Sequence record: NC_054909.1
Length of the DNA: 64,000 bases
Strand: one strand, 5' to 3'
Source of the DNA: Escherichia phage EC121
Made by a program: the position numbers and the translations under genes. Within the stretch, counting starts at the first letter, position 1. Each line of letters opens with the position of its first letter. Below the pieces are notes generated by a model. It saw nothing but the letters and a program-made list of their open reading frames with translations, had not been told where the DNA came from and did not search any database. Shown here in pieces: positions 1-7,965 of the stretch.

Positions 1-212
1 ATCATATAAGTACCCGCGTCAGAAAGAGCTTCTTCATAGTACCCGTTAATTTCTTTAAGAGTCCTACGTTTACCACCAGGACCATCAACAGTGATTTTCC
101 ATTTACCTGTAGAAGTGCGACTTGGCGGCTCAACTTGTTCAATCCAGATATAACCGCCTTCTACACGTTGTCCTGCAGCAGATTCTGCAATAAATTCTTT
201 ATACGTTTTCAT
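1..212 (-). CDS. Internal head protein with capsid-targeting sequence (IPIII-like by position); 3' part lies beyond window start
   Basis: Minus-strand ATG at 212..210 preceded by GGAAAC; hand translation gives MKTYKEFIAESAAGQRVEGGYIWIEQ..., matching the T-even internal-protein N-terminal consensus; sits directly downstream of e as ipIII does in T4. Confidence 0.55.
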   Translation of the reverse strand, partial: MKTYKEFIAESAAGQRVEGGYIWIEQVEPPSRTSTGKWKITVDGPGGKRRTLKEINGYYEEALSDAGTYM

Positions 213-249
213 GTGTTTCCTTTAAATATTTTAATTAGTAACTGTGAAT

Positions 250-283
250 ATACTATCACAGTTCTAGGAGAAAGTAAACAACT
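250..283 (-). promoter_or_regulatory. T4-type early promoter (GTTTAC -35, 18-nt spacer, TAGTAT -10) with inverted repeat CTGTGA/TCACAG around the -10
   Basis: rc reads GTTTACTTTCTCCTAGAACTGTGATAGTATATTCACAG; same architecture recurs five more times in the window. Confidence 0.4.
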
Positions 284-814
<531 letters not shown>

Positions 815-1270
815 TTAAAAGAGGTTGTTCATTATTCGGTAAAGTGAAGGACCCATCACATATTGCCACTGAGTGCGAGGAATAAGAGCAAAAGCATCCA
901 TCTCTGGAATCATAACGCCATCTTTATTTTCAAAATAAGACTCGCAATGGCAATTTCTGAACATCTCATGCTCTACTGGAATCGTATAATAAAACAACTG
1001 TAGGTCTTTATTACTAGAATATTTAAATACACCTAGGTCTTCTAGAAGGTCTGGATTATAATTGCTAAAACCGGTCTCTTCTAAGCATTCTCTTCGTGCT
1101 GCATCTAATGCGCTTAAATCAGAATTTTCTACACGGCCCTTTGGAATATCCCAACGATGTGCCATCATTCCAGGCTTACGAGAACCAGTAACCCGACCCA
1201 TAAATAAATCTTTATCTTCTGTCATAAAAATAATACCAGCTGATAATGTTTTCATTTTAATTTCCTGCAT
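815..1270 (-). CDS. nudE: Nudix hydrolase
   Basis: Nudix box ...GRVENSDLSALDAARRECLEETGF (REx2EExGF); ATG at 1270 gives 151 aa; an alternative ATG at 1255 (MKTLSAG...) has the better SD (AGGAAA). Confidence 0.85.
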   Translation of the reverse strand: MQEIKMKTLSAGIIFMTEDKDLFMGRVTGSRKPGMMAHRWDIPKGRVENSDLSALDAARRECLEETGFSNYNPDLLEDLGVFKYSSNKDLQLFYYTIPVEHEMFRNCHCESYFENKDGVMIPEMDAFALIPRTQWQYVMGPSLYRIMNNLF

Positions 1271-1740
1271 TCAGTGATAAAGTTATTTAAATTTTGAGTA
1301 TATTTCTTTTCATCAAAAATCTTTTGCTGCCTACGTAACCGCCATGGCATTTCAATGAACACGCACCATATTCCTGATAGTACTGCTGCTGTAAAAATAT
1401 TAACAAGTATAATTAAAAGAATCCAATCTTCCGTTCTGCCTACTGGACTTTCTCCAAAGAAGCAAAATACAAATGATGTCACAGGAAAACTAATAATATA
1501 CCACAGAATAACCTTCTTATCTGTGAACCAATCAGCGTTCGTTAACTTAGCACGACCATTTTGAATACACACGAATTTATCATCTGTTACAGTAGATGGC
1601 TTAACTGCTTGATATCCCATTCTAAACTCCCTAATTAATCGTTTCTTTGTATCTTCAGAACAGCCGCTCCAGTCAACTCTATCGACTGAAATGCCATCGT
1701 CCCCATCATCTAAATCATACCAGCGAGTTTTTAAAATCAT
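1252..1740 (-). CDS. Small membrane protein (hydrophobic helices), C-terminal ...NNFITECRKLK
   Basis: 162-aa ORF, ATG at 1740; stop overlaps nudE start; member of a 4-ORF tandem array with a shared C-terminal/junction motif. Confidence 0.55.
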   Translation of the reverse strand: MILKTRWYDLDDGDDGISVDRVDWSGCSEDTKKRLIREFRMGYQAVKPSTVTDDKFVCIQNGRAKLTNADWFTDKKVILWYIISFPVTSFVFCFFGESPVGRTEDWILLIILVNIFTAAVLSGIWCVFIEMPWRLRRQQKIFDEKKYTQNLNNFITECRKLK

Positions 1741-2111
1741 TTGATTTTCCTACAATCATTCACGAATTCTTTCATTGATTCATTTTCAATATAAGACATG
1801 TAGTTATTATATTCTTTTAATTGTATTTTGTAATCCTTTTTTCTTTGCCAATTTATTTTAAAATTATCATAATGAAAATATAAAATGATACTAAAGAATG
1901 AAAATAATGAAATTGCTATAGTATAATGAAGTTCACTCCAAACTTCTATTATATCTACTATACCGCTGACGTTACTGCGGATGTTTAAAATAATACAGTC
2001 AATCATTAATCCAATAAGACTACCAGCAAGAGCTGCAGCCAACGCCACAGCAAAAATTAAAAATGACTCAGAAAAAGAATATTTGACTTTATTTAGTTTT
2101 GGCTTTTGCAT
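1737..2111 (-). CDS. Small membrane protein (2 predicted TM helices), C-terminal ...KEFVNDCRKIK
   Basis: 124-aa ORF, ATG at 2111..2109 with SD AAGGAA 5 nt upstream; stop overlaps the next start (ATGA). Confidence 0.6.
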   Translation of the reverse strand: MQKPKLNKVKYSFSESFLIFAVALAAALAGSLIGLMIDCIILNIRSNVSGIVDIIEVWSELHYTIAISLFSFFSIILYFHYDNFKINWQRKKDYKIQLKEYNNYMSYIENESMKEFVNDCRKIK

Positions 2112-2485
2112 CGTGATTCCTTAACAAATTTCATAATTTCATTAAATTCATACATATTTAGTTTAAGCTGGTGTTCCTTTTTAATCTTTTTACACTGAGC
2201 TTTCCATTCGCGTACGCGTTTACGATAATGTCTTCCTTGATACCAGTATCCTACCCAATTTACAGGTACTAATAAAAGTGGAACTATTAATGGAAGAATT
2301 AGCATTAACACAAGTATTTCGCCAGAATCAATATCAGTCATAACATCTAAAACACCTCCAATAATCAATAGAATTACAAATGATATAAGTATAACAGGAC
2401 CTATTAATACATCAGTAGAAATTATCTGACGCTTTAATTCATACTTCAAAGGTTTACTTGGAAGGTATAGTGATGGCTTTGACAT
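2093..2485 (-). CDS. Small membrane protein (2 predicted TM helices), C-terminal ...MKFVKESRCKSQN
   Basis: Track start at 2506 is TTG; first ATG is 2485..2483 (MSKPSLY...), used here; hydrophobic stretches ILISFVILLIIGGVL and LVLMLILPLIVPLLLV. Confidence 0.5.
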   Translation of the reverse strand: MSKPSLYLPSKPLKYELKRQIISTDVLIGPVILISFVILLIIGGVLDVMTDIDSGEILVLMLILPLIVPLLLVPVNWVGYWYQGRHYRKRVREWKAQCKKIKKEHQLKLNMYEFNEIMKFVKESRCKSQN

Positions 2486-3062
2486 ATTCTCTACATTCCT
2501 TAACAAATTTTTCTAGTAATAAATCGCTTTCAAAATTGGGATTTTCCACTAATTTATCAAAAAGATCATCAACAATAGTCAAAATATTCTTTTTACTAAG
2601 AATACGCTTATTTTCATGCTTCGTTTCAGAATCAACTATAAGAGTAAAGAAATATTTCTTTCCCTGAAATTTTACCGTAGTATCAATATAGAATAAATTT
2701 GACTTTTGTAAATTACGTTTAAACCATGCGTCACTTAAACTATAAACACCGAGATAATCAAAATCGTCGTTTAAATAACAAACTGACCATTCAGGAGAAA
2801 TGAAATCAGTAAATTCAACATCAAAATCACATGTCAATGAATAAATTGATTCAATATTGTTAATAAGTATTCCAGGACGTATTAAAGACTTTTTACCTCT
2901 AGAAAATCTTCCAGAAAGACTTTCATCAGTTTCATATGAAGAACCCCAATAATAATTACGTCCTTCTGCCATACGTTTAAGAGCATTTAATAATTGGTCT
3001 GGAACATCAACTTGTCTTTGGAATTCTTCAAACATTGAATTGAAATCACTTTGCATTTTCAT
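2454..3062 (-). CDS. Hypothetical protein, C-terminal ...EKFVKECREYVKAITIPSK
   Basis: 202-aa ORF, ATG at 3062; no hydrophobic segments; 3' end overlaps the next gene start and carries the same junction motif. Confidence 0.6.
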   Translation of the reverse strand: MKMQSDFNSMFEEFQRQVDVPDQLLNALKRMAEGRNYYWGSSYETDESLSGRFSRGKKSLIRPGILINNIESIYSLTCDFDVEFTDFISPEWSVCYLNDDFDYLGVYSLSDAWFKRNLQKSNLFYIDTTVKFQGKKYFFTLIVDSETKHENKRILSKKNILTIVDDLFDKLVENPNFESDLLLEKFVKECREYVKAITIPSK

Positions 3063-3082
3063 TCCTATTTACTCCAAGTAAT

Positions 3083-3098
3083 AGGGGCCGAAGCCCCT
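3083..3098. terminator. GC hairpin AGGGGC-CGAA-GCCCCT between two minus-strand genes
   Basis: Perfect 6-bp stem with CGAA loop, T-run on the plus side; resembles the intergenic hairpins at 41315, 42904 and 56144. Confidence 0.35.
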
Positions 3099-3104
3099 TT
3101 ATCA

Positions 3105-3698
3105 TTATTTCAGAGAATTAATGTATTCCTGAACATCAGCAGAGGTAGTTTCAACCCCAGAAATATTGCCATTAAAGGTTTCAACTCGGGCAAGAGTATC
3201 TTCAATATCAACCTTAGTCAGCGCTGCAATTTCAACTACATCATCAGCAGTACTAATTCCGAGGGCATTCGCGGCGCGAGTTTCACGGATATATTCCAAT
3301 TTAACTGCAAGTTCTTGGCGAGCATCATCTAACTCAACTACTTTCTTGGCGATTTCAATTCGCATTTCAGCATAACCATCAGCTTTAGTAGTCAACTGCT
3401 CAGCTGTTCGACGATATAGTAAACCAAGTTTAGCATGCATTGTTACATCTTGACCTTCCGAAAGAAGCTTGCGAATTTCACGCTCTTTTGATTCGGCCTG
3501 CTTATTCTTTTCGACAATAAGTTCACGAATACGTTTTTCTTCATTAATAGATTTAATAGAAGCAGTTTTTAGATCTTTAATTTTATCAAGTAGTTTTGCT
3601 GCTGCGGCAGTATACTGTTCTTCAACAGATAGATTTTTAGCCATAGCAGAACCAAGTTTAGTGCGAATAAACTCAACAATTTTCTTCAGTGTGTTCAT
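3105..3698 (-). CDS. Hypothetical coiled-coil protein
   Basis: 197-aa ORF, ATG at 3698 with SD AAGGAAA; heptad-rich charged sequence ([27 protein letters not shown]...). Confidence 0.6.
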   Translation of the reverse strand: MNTLKKIVEFIRTKLGSAMAKNLSVEEQYTAAAAKLLDKIKDLKTASIKSINEEKRIRELIVEKNKQAESKEREIRKLLSEGQDVTMHAKLGLLYRRTAEQLTTKADGYAEMRIEIAKKVVELDDARQELAVKLEYIRETRAANALGISTADDVVEIAALTKVDIEDTLARVETFNGNISGVETTSADVQEYINSLK

Positions 3699-3775
3699 AG
3701 TATTTCCTTAGGTTGATTAAGATTTAAAATCCGTGAGAGTATTAGTATTATACTCTATCTTCAAGTTATGGGCTC

Positions 3776-3805
3776 ATAATATCTCAATCATGAGCCTATG
3801 TAAAC
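3776..3805 (-). promoter_or_regulatory. T4-type early promoter (GTTTAC-N18-TATTAT) with stem-loop GGCTCAT/ATGAGCC around the -10
   Basis: rc: GTTTACATAGGCTCATGATTGAGATATTATGAGCC; lies upstream of the 3105..3698 ORF. Confidence 0.45.
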
Positions 3806-4069
3806 TTATTTCATATTATTGAAATATTCTTCTGCGATTTCGTCGTTATCATGGTAAACTTTAGAAGACAATTTAACATAACCTTCAGCAGTGAACATGT
3901 TAATCACAACCTTTACAGTATACCACTGACCGTCTTCATTGCCCATTACCGCATAAGTTTCAAACATCGGATGATCAGGACCGATAACTTTAATATCATT
4001 CACTGTACGACCGAAATCTTCTGAAACACATTTCATAAAGAAGTTGAACAGTTCGCCGTAATTATCCAT
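3806..4069 (-). CDS. Hypothetical protein
   Basis: Track ORF starts at a TTG (4081); first ATG at 4069..4067 (MDNYGELF...) has SD GGAG 7 nt upstream. Confidence 0.5.
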   Translation of the reverse strand: MDNYGELFNFFMKCVSEDFGRTVNDIKVIGPDHPMFETYAVMGNEDGQWYTVKVVINMFTAEGYVKLSSKVYHDNDEIAEEYFNNMK

Positions 4070-4112
4070 TTCGTTCTCCAAGTTGTTTTCTGTATCAGTA
4101 GTTGATAGTTGT

Positions 4113-4142
4113 ATAGTACCATGGAAGAACAGGGATGTAAAC
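4113..4142 (-). promoter_or_regulatory. T4-type early promoter (GTTTAC-N18-TACTAT)
   Basis: rc: GTTTACATCCCTGTTCTTCCATGGTACTAT, upstream of the 3806..4069 ORF. Confidence 0.45.
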
Positions 4143-4271
4143 AGTTTTGTGAAAAAATTTTTAAAAAGTTTTGGGGAATTCTAGGGCAGGGAGGGGAAAT
4201 CAAAGGATAGGATAATATATTATAAAGGGTAGAAACTAAATGATGTCTAGAGAGGCCTGGAAAGGCCTAGA

Positions 4272-4302
4272 TACCAAAAAGCCCCAACCTTTCGGCTGGG
4301 GC
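4272..4302 (-). terminator. Rho-independent terminator (minus strand)
   Basis: rc reads GCCCCAGCC-GAAA-GGTTGGGGC followed by TTTTT; immediately after the stop of the 4311..4784 ORF. Confidence 0.6.
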
Positions 4303-4310
4303 TAAGAATG

Positions 4311-4784
4311 TTATTTGATTTGTTTAGCAGACCAAATGCGGTCTTTAATAATTTTTTGGATGTCTTCAACATACCCAAGAGAGTGAGCATGTGGGTTATC
4401 TTTGAAACTATAAGCACGAGCCAGTTTTTGGCCTTCAGTTTTGATTACTAAAAGCTCTTTAAGAATAGCTTCATATTTGGAGATAATTCCTTTAACAATA
4501 TTTTTCTCTTGTGCGACTTTAGGATCTGCTTTAGGAGCAGGTTTACCTGAAGCCTTTGCAAAAGCAGCGCCAGTAGCAACTAAACTTTTCCAGGCCATAC
4601 TAACTGCATTTCCCGTAAATCCTTCCGCTTTCATGTCGCGTGCGAACTGGAATCGCGATTCATCAGAAGCATCTTTGTAAGAATATTTACCCGCTGCAAT
4701 GGCTGCTTTTGCGACAGCTTGAATTTCGGTGCTAGATGCTTCATTTAACACCGCTTCATTTAAAAATTGAGTATATGATTTCAT
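4311..4784 (-). CDS. Putative capsid-packaged internal protein (N-terminal capsid-targeting-sequence-like MKSYTQFLNE)
   Basis: 157-aa ORF, ATG at 4784 with SD AGGAAA; N-terminus resembles the T-even internal-protein CTS (MKTYQEF...) with an LNE site of the kind cut by the prohead protease; own late promoter and flanking terminators. Confidence 0.6.
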   Translation of the reverse strand: MKSYTQFLNEAVLNEASSTEIQAVAKAAIAAGKYSYKDASDESRFQFARDMKAEGFTGNAVSMAWKSLVATGAAFAKASGKPAPKADPKVAQEKNIVKGIISKYEAILKELLVIKTEGQKLARAYSFKDNPHAHSLGYVEDIQKIIKDRIWSAKQIK

Positions 4785-4824
4785 CTTATTTCCTGTTTTA
4801 ATTCGTGGTTTTAATATACTACTA

Positions 4825-4832
4825 TATTTATA
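4825..4832 (-). promoter_or_regulatory. T4 late promoter TATAAATA (minus strand)
   Basis: plus-strand tatttata at 4825..4832, about 40 nt upstream of the 4784 start codon. Confidence 0.5.
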
Positions 4833-4834
4833 CC

Positions 4835-4861
4835 AAAAAGCCCCAACCTTTCAGTCGGGGC
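4835..4861 (-). terminator. Rho-independent terminator (minus strand), near-copy of the 4272..4302 element
   Basis: rc: GCCCCGACT-GAAA-GGTTGGGGC + TTTTT; the 36-bp block ataccaaaaagccccaacctttc.g..ggggctaag occurs at 4271..4306 and 4829..4864. Confidence 0.6.
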
Positions 4862-4865
4862 TAAG

Positions 4866-5165
4866 CCTTGCGGCAACCTTGTCGGGGTTCCACCTGCTAA
4901 GGCAAGTGTTTGTACGAAACGCCGGGATTCGAACCCGGTTATTAAGCAGTTGACGCTACTCAATATTTTTAAAAGGCCATATCTCGACCATATCCGAACG
5001 TTCCGTCAAAAACGCTACTCGGTTTACGGCAAAGATATTTCCTCGAATCGATAATTCGGTGCGCCGTTTCTGCTGTGATAGTAAAGAGCCAGAACACAGT
5101 AAAACTGTGGGAGGAAACTATACTCCAGGGAACATCAGTCCGACGACTTACCGGTAGCGACCCGG
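4866..5165 (-). ncRNA. Putative small stable RNA region (T4 rnaC/rnaD-like position), boundaries not resolved
   Basis: ~300 bp with no ORF, between the tRNA cluster side and a terminator; contains a tRNA-like T-arm (rc ACCGGGTTCGAATCCCGGCG at ~4919..4938); T4 encodes two stable RNAs at the distal end of its tRNA cluster. Confidence 0.3.
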
Positions 5166-5169
5166 TTTC

Positions 5170-5520
5170 TTAGTATTCTTTTAAAGCATCAACCTGTTCA
5201 CGACGTTTACGCCATAAATCAATTACTTCATACGCAGATTCAGCATTTCGAATTGGACGGCATTTATATAAAGACTTGTGATTTTGATATTGTGTAGATA
5301 ACGGAATTTTATCTAAAAGGTCTTTACGTTCAAAATATTCGTAACCATCTAAACCAAATGAACGATTTTTGAGAAATTGCCAATGACCAAATTCGTTTTC
5401 GACATAAACATAATCTGCATGCTGATAAAGCAAATTAATTACACGTTCAGAAATAACAGTATCATTATGATTAAAATAGAATGTTAAATCATGAACTACT
5501 AAATAAACATTACCTTTCAT
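5170..5520 (-). CDS. Hypothetical protein embedded in the tRNA/small-RNA cluster
   Basis: 116-aa ORF, ATG at 5520 with SD GAGGAAAA; no recognisable motif (not GIY-YIG). Confidence 0.55.
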   Translation of the reverse strand: MKGNVYLVVHDLTFYFNHNDTVISERVINLLYQHADYVYVENEFGHWQFLKNRSFGLDGYEYFERKDLLDKIPLSTQYQNHKSLYKCRPIRNAESAYEVIDLWRKRREQVDALKEY

Positions 5521-5538
5521 ATTTTCCTCACTTATAAT

Positions 5539-5614
5539 TGGTCGAGGCAGTAGGGATCGAACCTACGACCCAGGACTTAGAAGGTCCTTGCTCTTCCTTC
5601 TGAGCTATGCCCCG
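5539..5614 (-). tRNA. tRNA-Arg (anticodon TCT)
   Basis: Hand-folded cloverleaf, anticodon arm AGGAC-CTTCTAA-GTCCT, T-arm GTAGG-TTCGATC-CCTAC, CCA encoded. Confidence 0.8.
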
Positions 5615-5618
5615 TAAT

Positions 5619-5694
5619 TGGGGTGACCGATGGGAGTCGAACCCATGACTACGAGAATCACAATCTCGAGTTCTACCAACTGAACTACGGCCAC
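5619..5694 (-). tRNA. tRNA-His (anticodon GTG)
   Basis: GTGGCCGTAGTTCAGTTGGTAGAAC-T-CGAGA-TTGTGAT-TCTCG...CCCATCGGTCAC-C-CCA; anticodon loop and C73 as in bacterial tRNA-His; no G at -1. Confidence 0.7.
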
Positions 5695-5808
5695 ATTAAT
5701 ACCTACTCCAACAATCATGATGTCTTCACACGAAATTAAGAGAAGAGTGATCAGTTCAACCCCTATAATCGCGTCAAGTAGATATTAATGTGACAGTTGT
5801 CACAAATT

Positions 5809-5883
5809 TGGCGGACGTGATAGGATTCGAACCTATAACCAATCGCTTAACAGGCGATCGCTCTGCCATTGAGCTACACATCC
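5809..5883 (-). tRNA. tRNA-Asn (anticodon GTT)
   Basis: GGATGTGTAGCTCAATGGCAGAGC-G-ATCGC-CTGTTAA-GCGAT...; acceptor and T stems pair, CCA encoded. Confidence 0.75.
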
Positions 5884-5887
5884 AAAT

Positions 5888-5974
5888 TGGTGGGGAGTGA
5901 TGGAGTCGAACCACCCGAGTCGCAATGACAATGAATTTACAGTCCACACCGCTACCTCTACGGGATAACTCCCC
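5888..5974 (-). tRNA. tRNA-Tyr (anticodon GTA), class II with long variable arm
   Basis: Anticodon arm GTGGA-CTGTAAA-TTCAT (two G-U pairs), variable-arm hairpin GTC-ATTGC-GAC, T-arm GGTGG-TTCGACT-CCATC, acceptor GGGGAGT/ACTCCCC, CCA encoded. Confidence 0.6.
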
Positions 5975-5981
5975 CTTAATT

Positions 5982-6056
5982 TGGTGGCCCTGGGTGGAAT
6001 TGAACCACCATCTGGCGATTATGAGTCGCTTGCTTGAACCTTCCAGCTACAGGGCC
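5982..6056 (-). tRNA. tRNA with CAT anticodon (T4 tRNA-Ile type)
   Basis: GGCCCTG acceptor, anticodon arm AGCGA-CTCATAA-TCGCC, T-arm GGTGG-TTCAATT-CCACC, CCA encoded. Confidence 0.75.
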
Positions 6057-6057
6057 T

Positions 6058-6133
6058 TGGTGCTGATTGACGGAATCGAACCGCCGACATCCTCATTACA
6101 AGTGAGGTGCTCTACCTACTGAGCTAAATCAGC
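6058..6133 (-). tRNA. tRNA-Thr (anticodon TGT)
   Basis: GCTGATTTAGCTCAGTAGGTAGAGC-A-CCTCA-CTTGTAA-TGAGG...TCAATCAGCACCA. Confidence 0.8.
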
Positions 6134-6138
6134 AAAAC

Positions 6139-6228
6139 TGGCGGAGGCGATAGGATTTGAACCTATGAGTCGCCGGAGCGACTGCCGGTTTTCAAGACCG
6201 GTGCATTAAACCACTCTGCCACGCCTCC
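6139..6228 (-). tRNA. tRNA-Ser (anticodon TGA), class II
   Basis: Anticodon arm CCGGT-CTTGAAA-ACCGG, long variable arm, acceptor GGAGGCG/CGCCTCC. Confidence 0.75.
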
Positions 6229-6230
6229 AG

Positions 6231-6304
6231 TCTCCATACAAGGATTTGAACCTACGACATTCTGCTCCCAAAGCAGACGCTCTACCAAACTGAGCTACAC
6301 GGAG
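6231..6304 (-). tRNA. tRNA-Pro (anticodon TGG), CCA not encoded
   Basis: Acceptor CTCCGTG (C1:G72), anticodon arm TCTGC-TTTGGGA-GCAGA; T-stem pairs only 3 bp as I read it; separated from tRNA-Ser by 2 nt. Confidence 0.65.
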
Positions 6305-6314
6305 TAAATTAAAT

Positions 6315-6388
<74 letters not shown>

Positions 6389-6393
6389 AAATT

Positions 6394-6480
6394 TGGTGCG
6401 AGAAGTGGGACTCGAACCCACAAGGAAATAATTCCGCAGCATTTTAAGTGCTGTGCCTTTACCAATTTGACCATTCTCGC
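6394..6480 (-). tRNA. tRNA-Leu (anticodon TAA), class II
   Basis: Acceptor GCGAGAA/TTCTCGC, anticodon arm CAGCA-CTTAAAA-TGCTG, variable-arm hairpin GGAA/TTCC, CCA encoded. Confidence 0.75.
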
Positions 6481-6481
6481 G

Positions 6482-6554
6482 CTGGGAATAAAGGACTCGA
6501 ACCTTTGCATCTAGCAGTCAAAGTGCTATGCCTTACCAACTTGGCTAATTCCCA
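6482..6554 (-). tRNA. tRNA-Gln (anticodon TTG), CCA not encoded
   Basis: Acceptor TGGGAAT/ATTCCCA, anticodon arm TAGCA-CTTTGAC-TGCTA, T-arm AAAGG-TTCGAGT-CCTTT. Confidence 0.75.
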
Positions 6555-6651
6555 ATTATTAACAAAGGCTCTCTAACAAGAACCCTTGATGATAGAGGGT
6601 ATTAATCAGTGCGGTATGAGTTAATAATAACAAATAATTCTTAAAGCATAT

Positions 6652-6939
6652 TTACCATTTATGATAATACATATTTACGATGCATTCAAGGCCCAAAGGA
6701 TTCTTGAAAATATCATATTCAAGAGGACCTTTTTCTGTTTCAATAAAGAAATCAAAATTTACTGTATTAAATTTACGGTCTTCCTTCACTAATTTAACTT
6801 GAGAAGATGAACGGTCAACATAAACCTTTTCAACTTCAAAACATGTTAAAACGCCATAATCATCAATCAAGGCTTTAGCTGCTTCTTGATCATATTTATA
6901 TCCATTTTCAATGGATGATACTTTCGCATAAAGAATCAT
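6652..6939 (-). CDS. Hypothetical protein
   Basis: 95-aa ORF, ATG at 6939, SD AAAGG; tightly packed with neighbours. Confidence 0.55.
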   Translation of the reverse strand: MILYAKVSSIENGYKYDQEAAKALIDDYGVLTCFEVEKVYVDRSSSQVKLVKEDRKFNTVNFDFFIETEKGPLEYDIFKNPLGLECIVNMYYHKW

Positions 6940-6941
6940 TA

Positions 6942-7346
6942 TTAACCTTTATCAACAATAGTATGTGTATGGGCATTTACGATTTGCCACCAGTCAAAAC
7001 TATCGCCAAATCGTTTTGATTTATTGTCTTCAATAATTTGGCGTAATTCATCTTCTGTTTCAGCATACGCAATCAAATCATCATATCCACCGCAAGGATA
7101 GTAATTATCGCCTGCGAACAAAAGAAAATTTACTTTAGATGGGTCTACATAATAATGCTCTTTAGGATATTTAGTTCCTTTCCAATCAGTTACTTCAACA
7201 TAACAATAAGAAAATCCATTTTTACTTTCAACCCAACTCCACGCTTCAAAAGGAGTATTAAAAACTCTATCAGGTATTAAATTACCTTCAAAATGAGAAG
7301 GATTTGCATAATCCCCAGCATAAACATAATATTCGTTAATATTCAT
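6942..7346 (-). CDS. Hypothetical protein
   Basis: 134-aa ORF, ATG at 7346, SD AAAGGTGA. Confidence 0.6.
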   Translation of the reverse strand: MNINEYYVYAGDYANPSHFEGNLIPDRVFNTPFEAWSWVESKNGFSYCYVEVTDWKGTKYPKEHYYVDPSKVNFLLFAGDNYYPCGGYDDLIAYAETEDELRQIIEDNKSKRFGDSFDWWQIVNAHTHTIVDKG

Positions 7347-7532
7347 TTATTCACCTTTAGAAATTTTATCCATAACAATAGCGATTAAACCAATTAAAAA
7401 TGCTACTACAAGTGAAAAAACATTTTCTGCTGTAGTCAATAATCCGCATATAAATCCAACAAACATTGAAAAACTAAATGCAGAAGCAGAAATTGCAATA
7501 GCAACATTTCGAATTAATTCACAGCGTTTCAT
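7347..7532 (-). CDS. Small membrane protein (2 predicted TM helices)
   Basis: 61-aa ORF, ATG at 7532 with SD GAGGAG; hydrophobic AIAISASAFSFSMFVGFICGLL and LVVAFLIGLIAIV. Confidence 0.55.
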   Translation of the reverse strand: MKRCELIRNVAIAISASAFSFSMFVGFICGLLTTAENVFSLVVAFLIGLIAIVMDKISKGE

Positions 7533-7560
7533 TTTATTCTCCTCAGTAGTTGATAGGGTA

Positions 7561-7590
7561 ATAGTATCACAACTAAAACCCTATGTAAAC
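7561..7590 (-). promoter_or_regulatory. T4-type early promoter (GTTTAC-N18-TACTAT) with stem-loop ATAGGG/CCCTAT around the -10
   Basis: rc: GTTTACATAGGGTTTTAGTTGTGATACTATTACCCTAT. Confidence 0.45.
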
Positions 7591-7608
7591 AACTTTGTGA
7601 AAAATTTA

Positions 7609-7893
7609 TTACAAAAGATTTTTAGCAATAATTTTAAGCTGAGCTACTGAAATATGCTTGGCTTTAAACAAAGCAGTTTCTTCAGCAGGGGAGATAATGA
7701 TTGTGGCACCATCTTTCTTAGCGGACCATCCATCACCCAGGTAAACAGTACCTTTAACTTCTTCACCATCAACCAGGCTAATCATCGGTTTACCTTCACG
7801 TCCTTTGTTTGCTTTAATAACTTCAGAAGTAAGGGTCGCTTCAGTCAAAGTAGAAGCGTTAGTGGTTGAAGTGAATTCTTGATAAGTTTTCAT
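7609..7893 (-). CDS. ipI: Internal protein I (capsid-packaged, injected)
   Basis: 94 aa, MKTYQEFTSTTNASTLTEATLTSEVIKANKGREGKPMISLVDGEEVKGTVYLGDGWSAKKDG...; CTS-type N-terminus and a mature part I recognise as T4 IPI. Confidence 0.85.
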   Translation of the reverse strand: MKTYQEFTSTTNASTLTEATLTSEVIKANKGREGKPMISLVDGEEVKGTVYLGDGWSAKKDGATIIISPAEETALFKAKHISVAQLKIIAKNLL

Positions 7894-7923
7894 TTTATTT
7901 TCCTAATTAATTTTGACGAGGTA

Positions 7924-7953
7924 ATAGTATCACTACCTCATCAGCATGTAAAC
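7924..7953 (-). promoter_or_regulatory. T4-type early promoter (GTTTAC-N18-TACTAT) with stem-loop GAGGTA/TACCTC around the -10
   Basis: rc: GTTTACATGCTGATGAGGTAGTGATACTATTACCTC, upstream of ipI. Confidence 0.45.
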
Positions 7954-7965
7954 AACTTTGTGAAA

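Noticed and set aside
5695-5808. 114-bp spacer between tRNA-His and tRNA-Asn, examined for a twelfth tRNA or a micro-ORF
   Set aside because: No T-arm or acceptor-stem signature and no ORF with a start codon; only an inverted repeat (TGTGACA-G-TTGTCACA at ~5789..5804), probably a processing or termination hairpin
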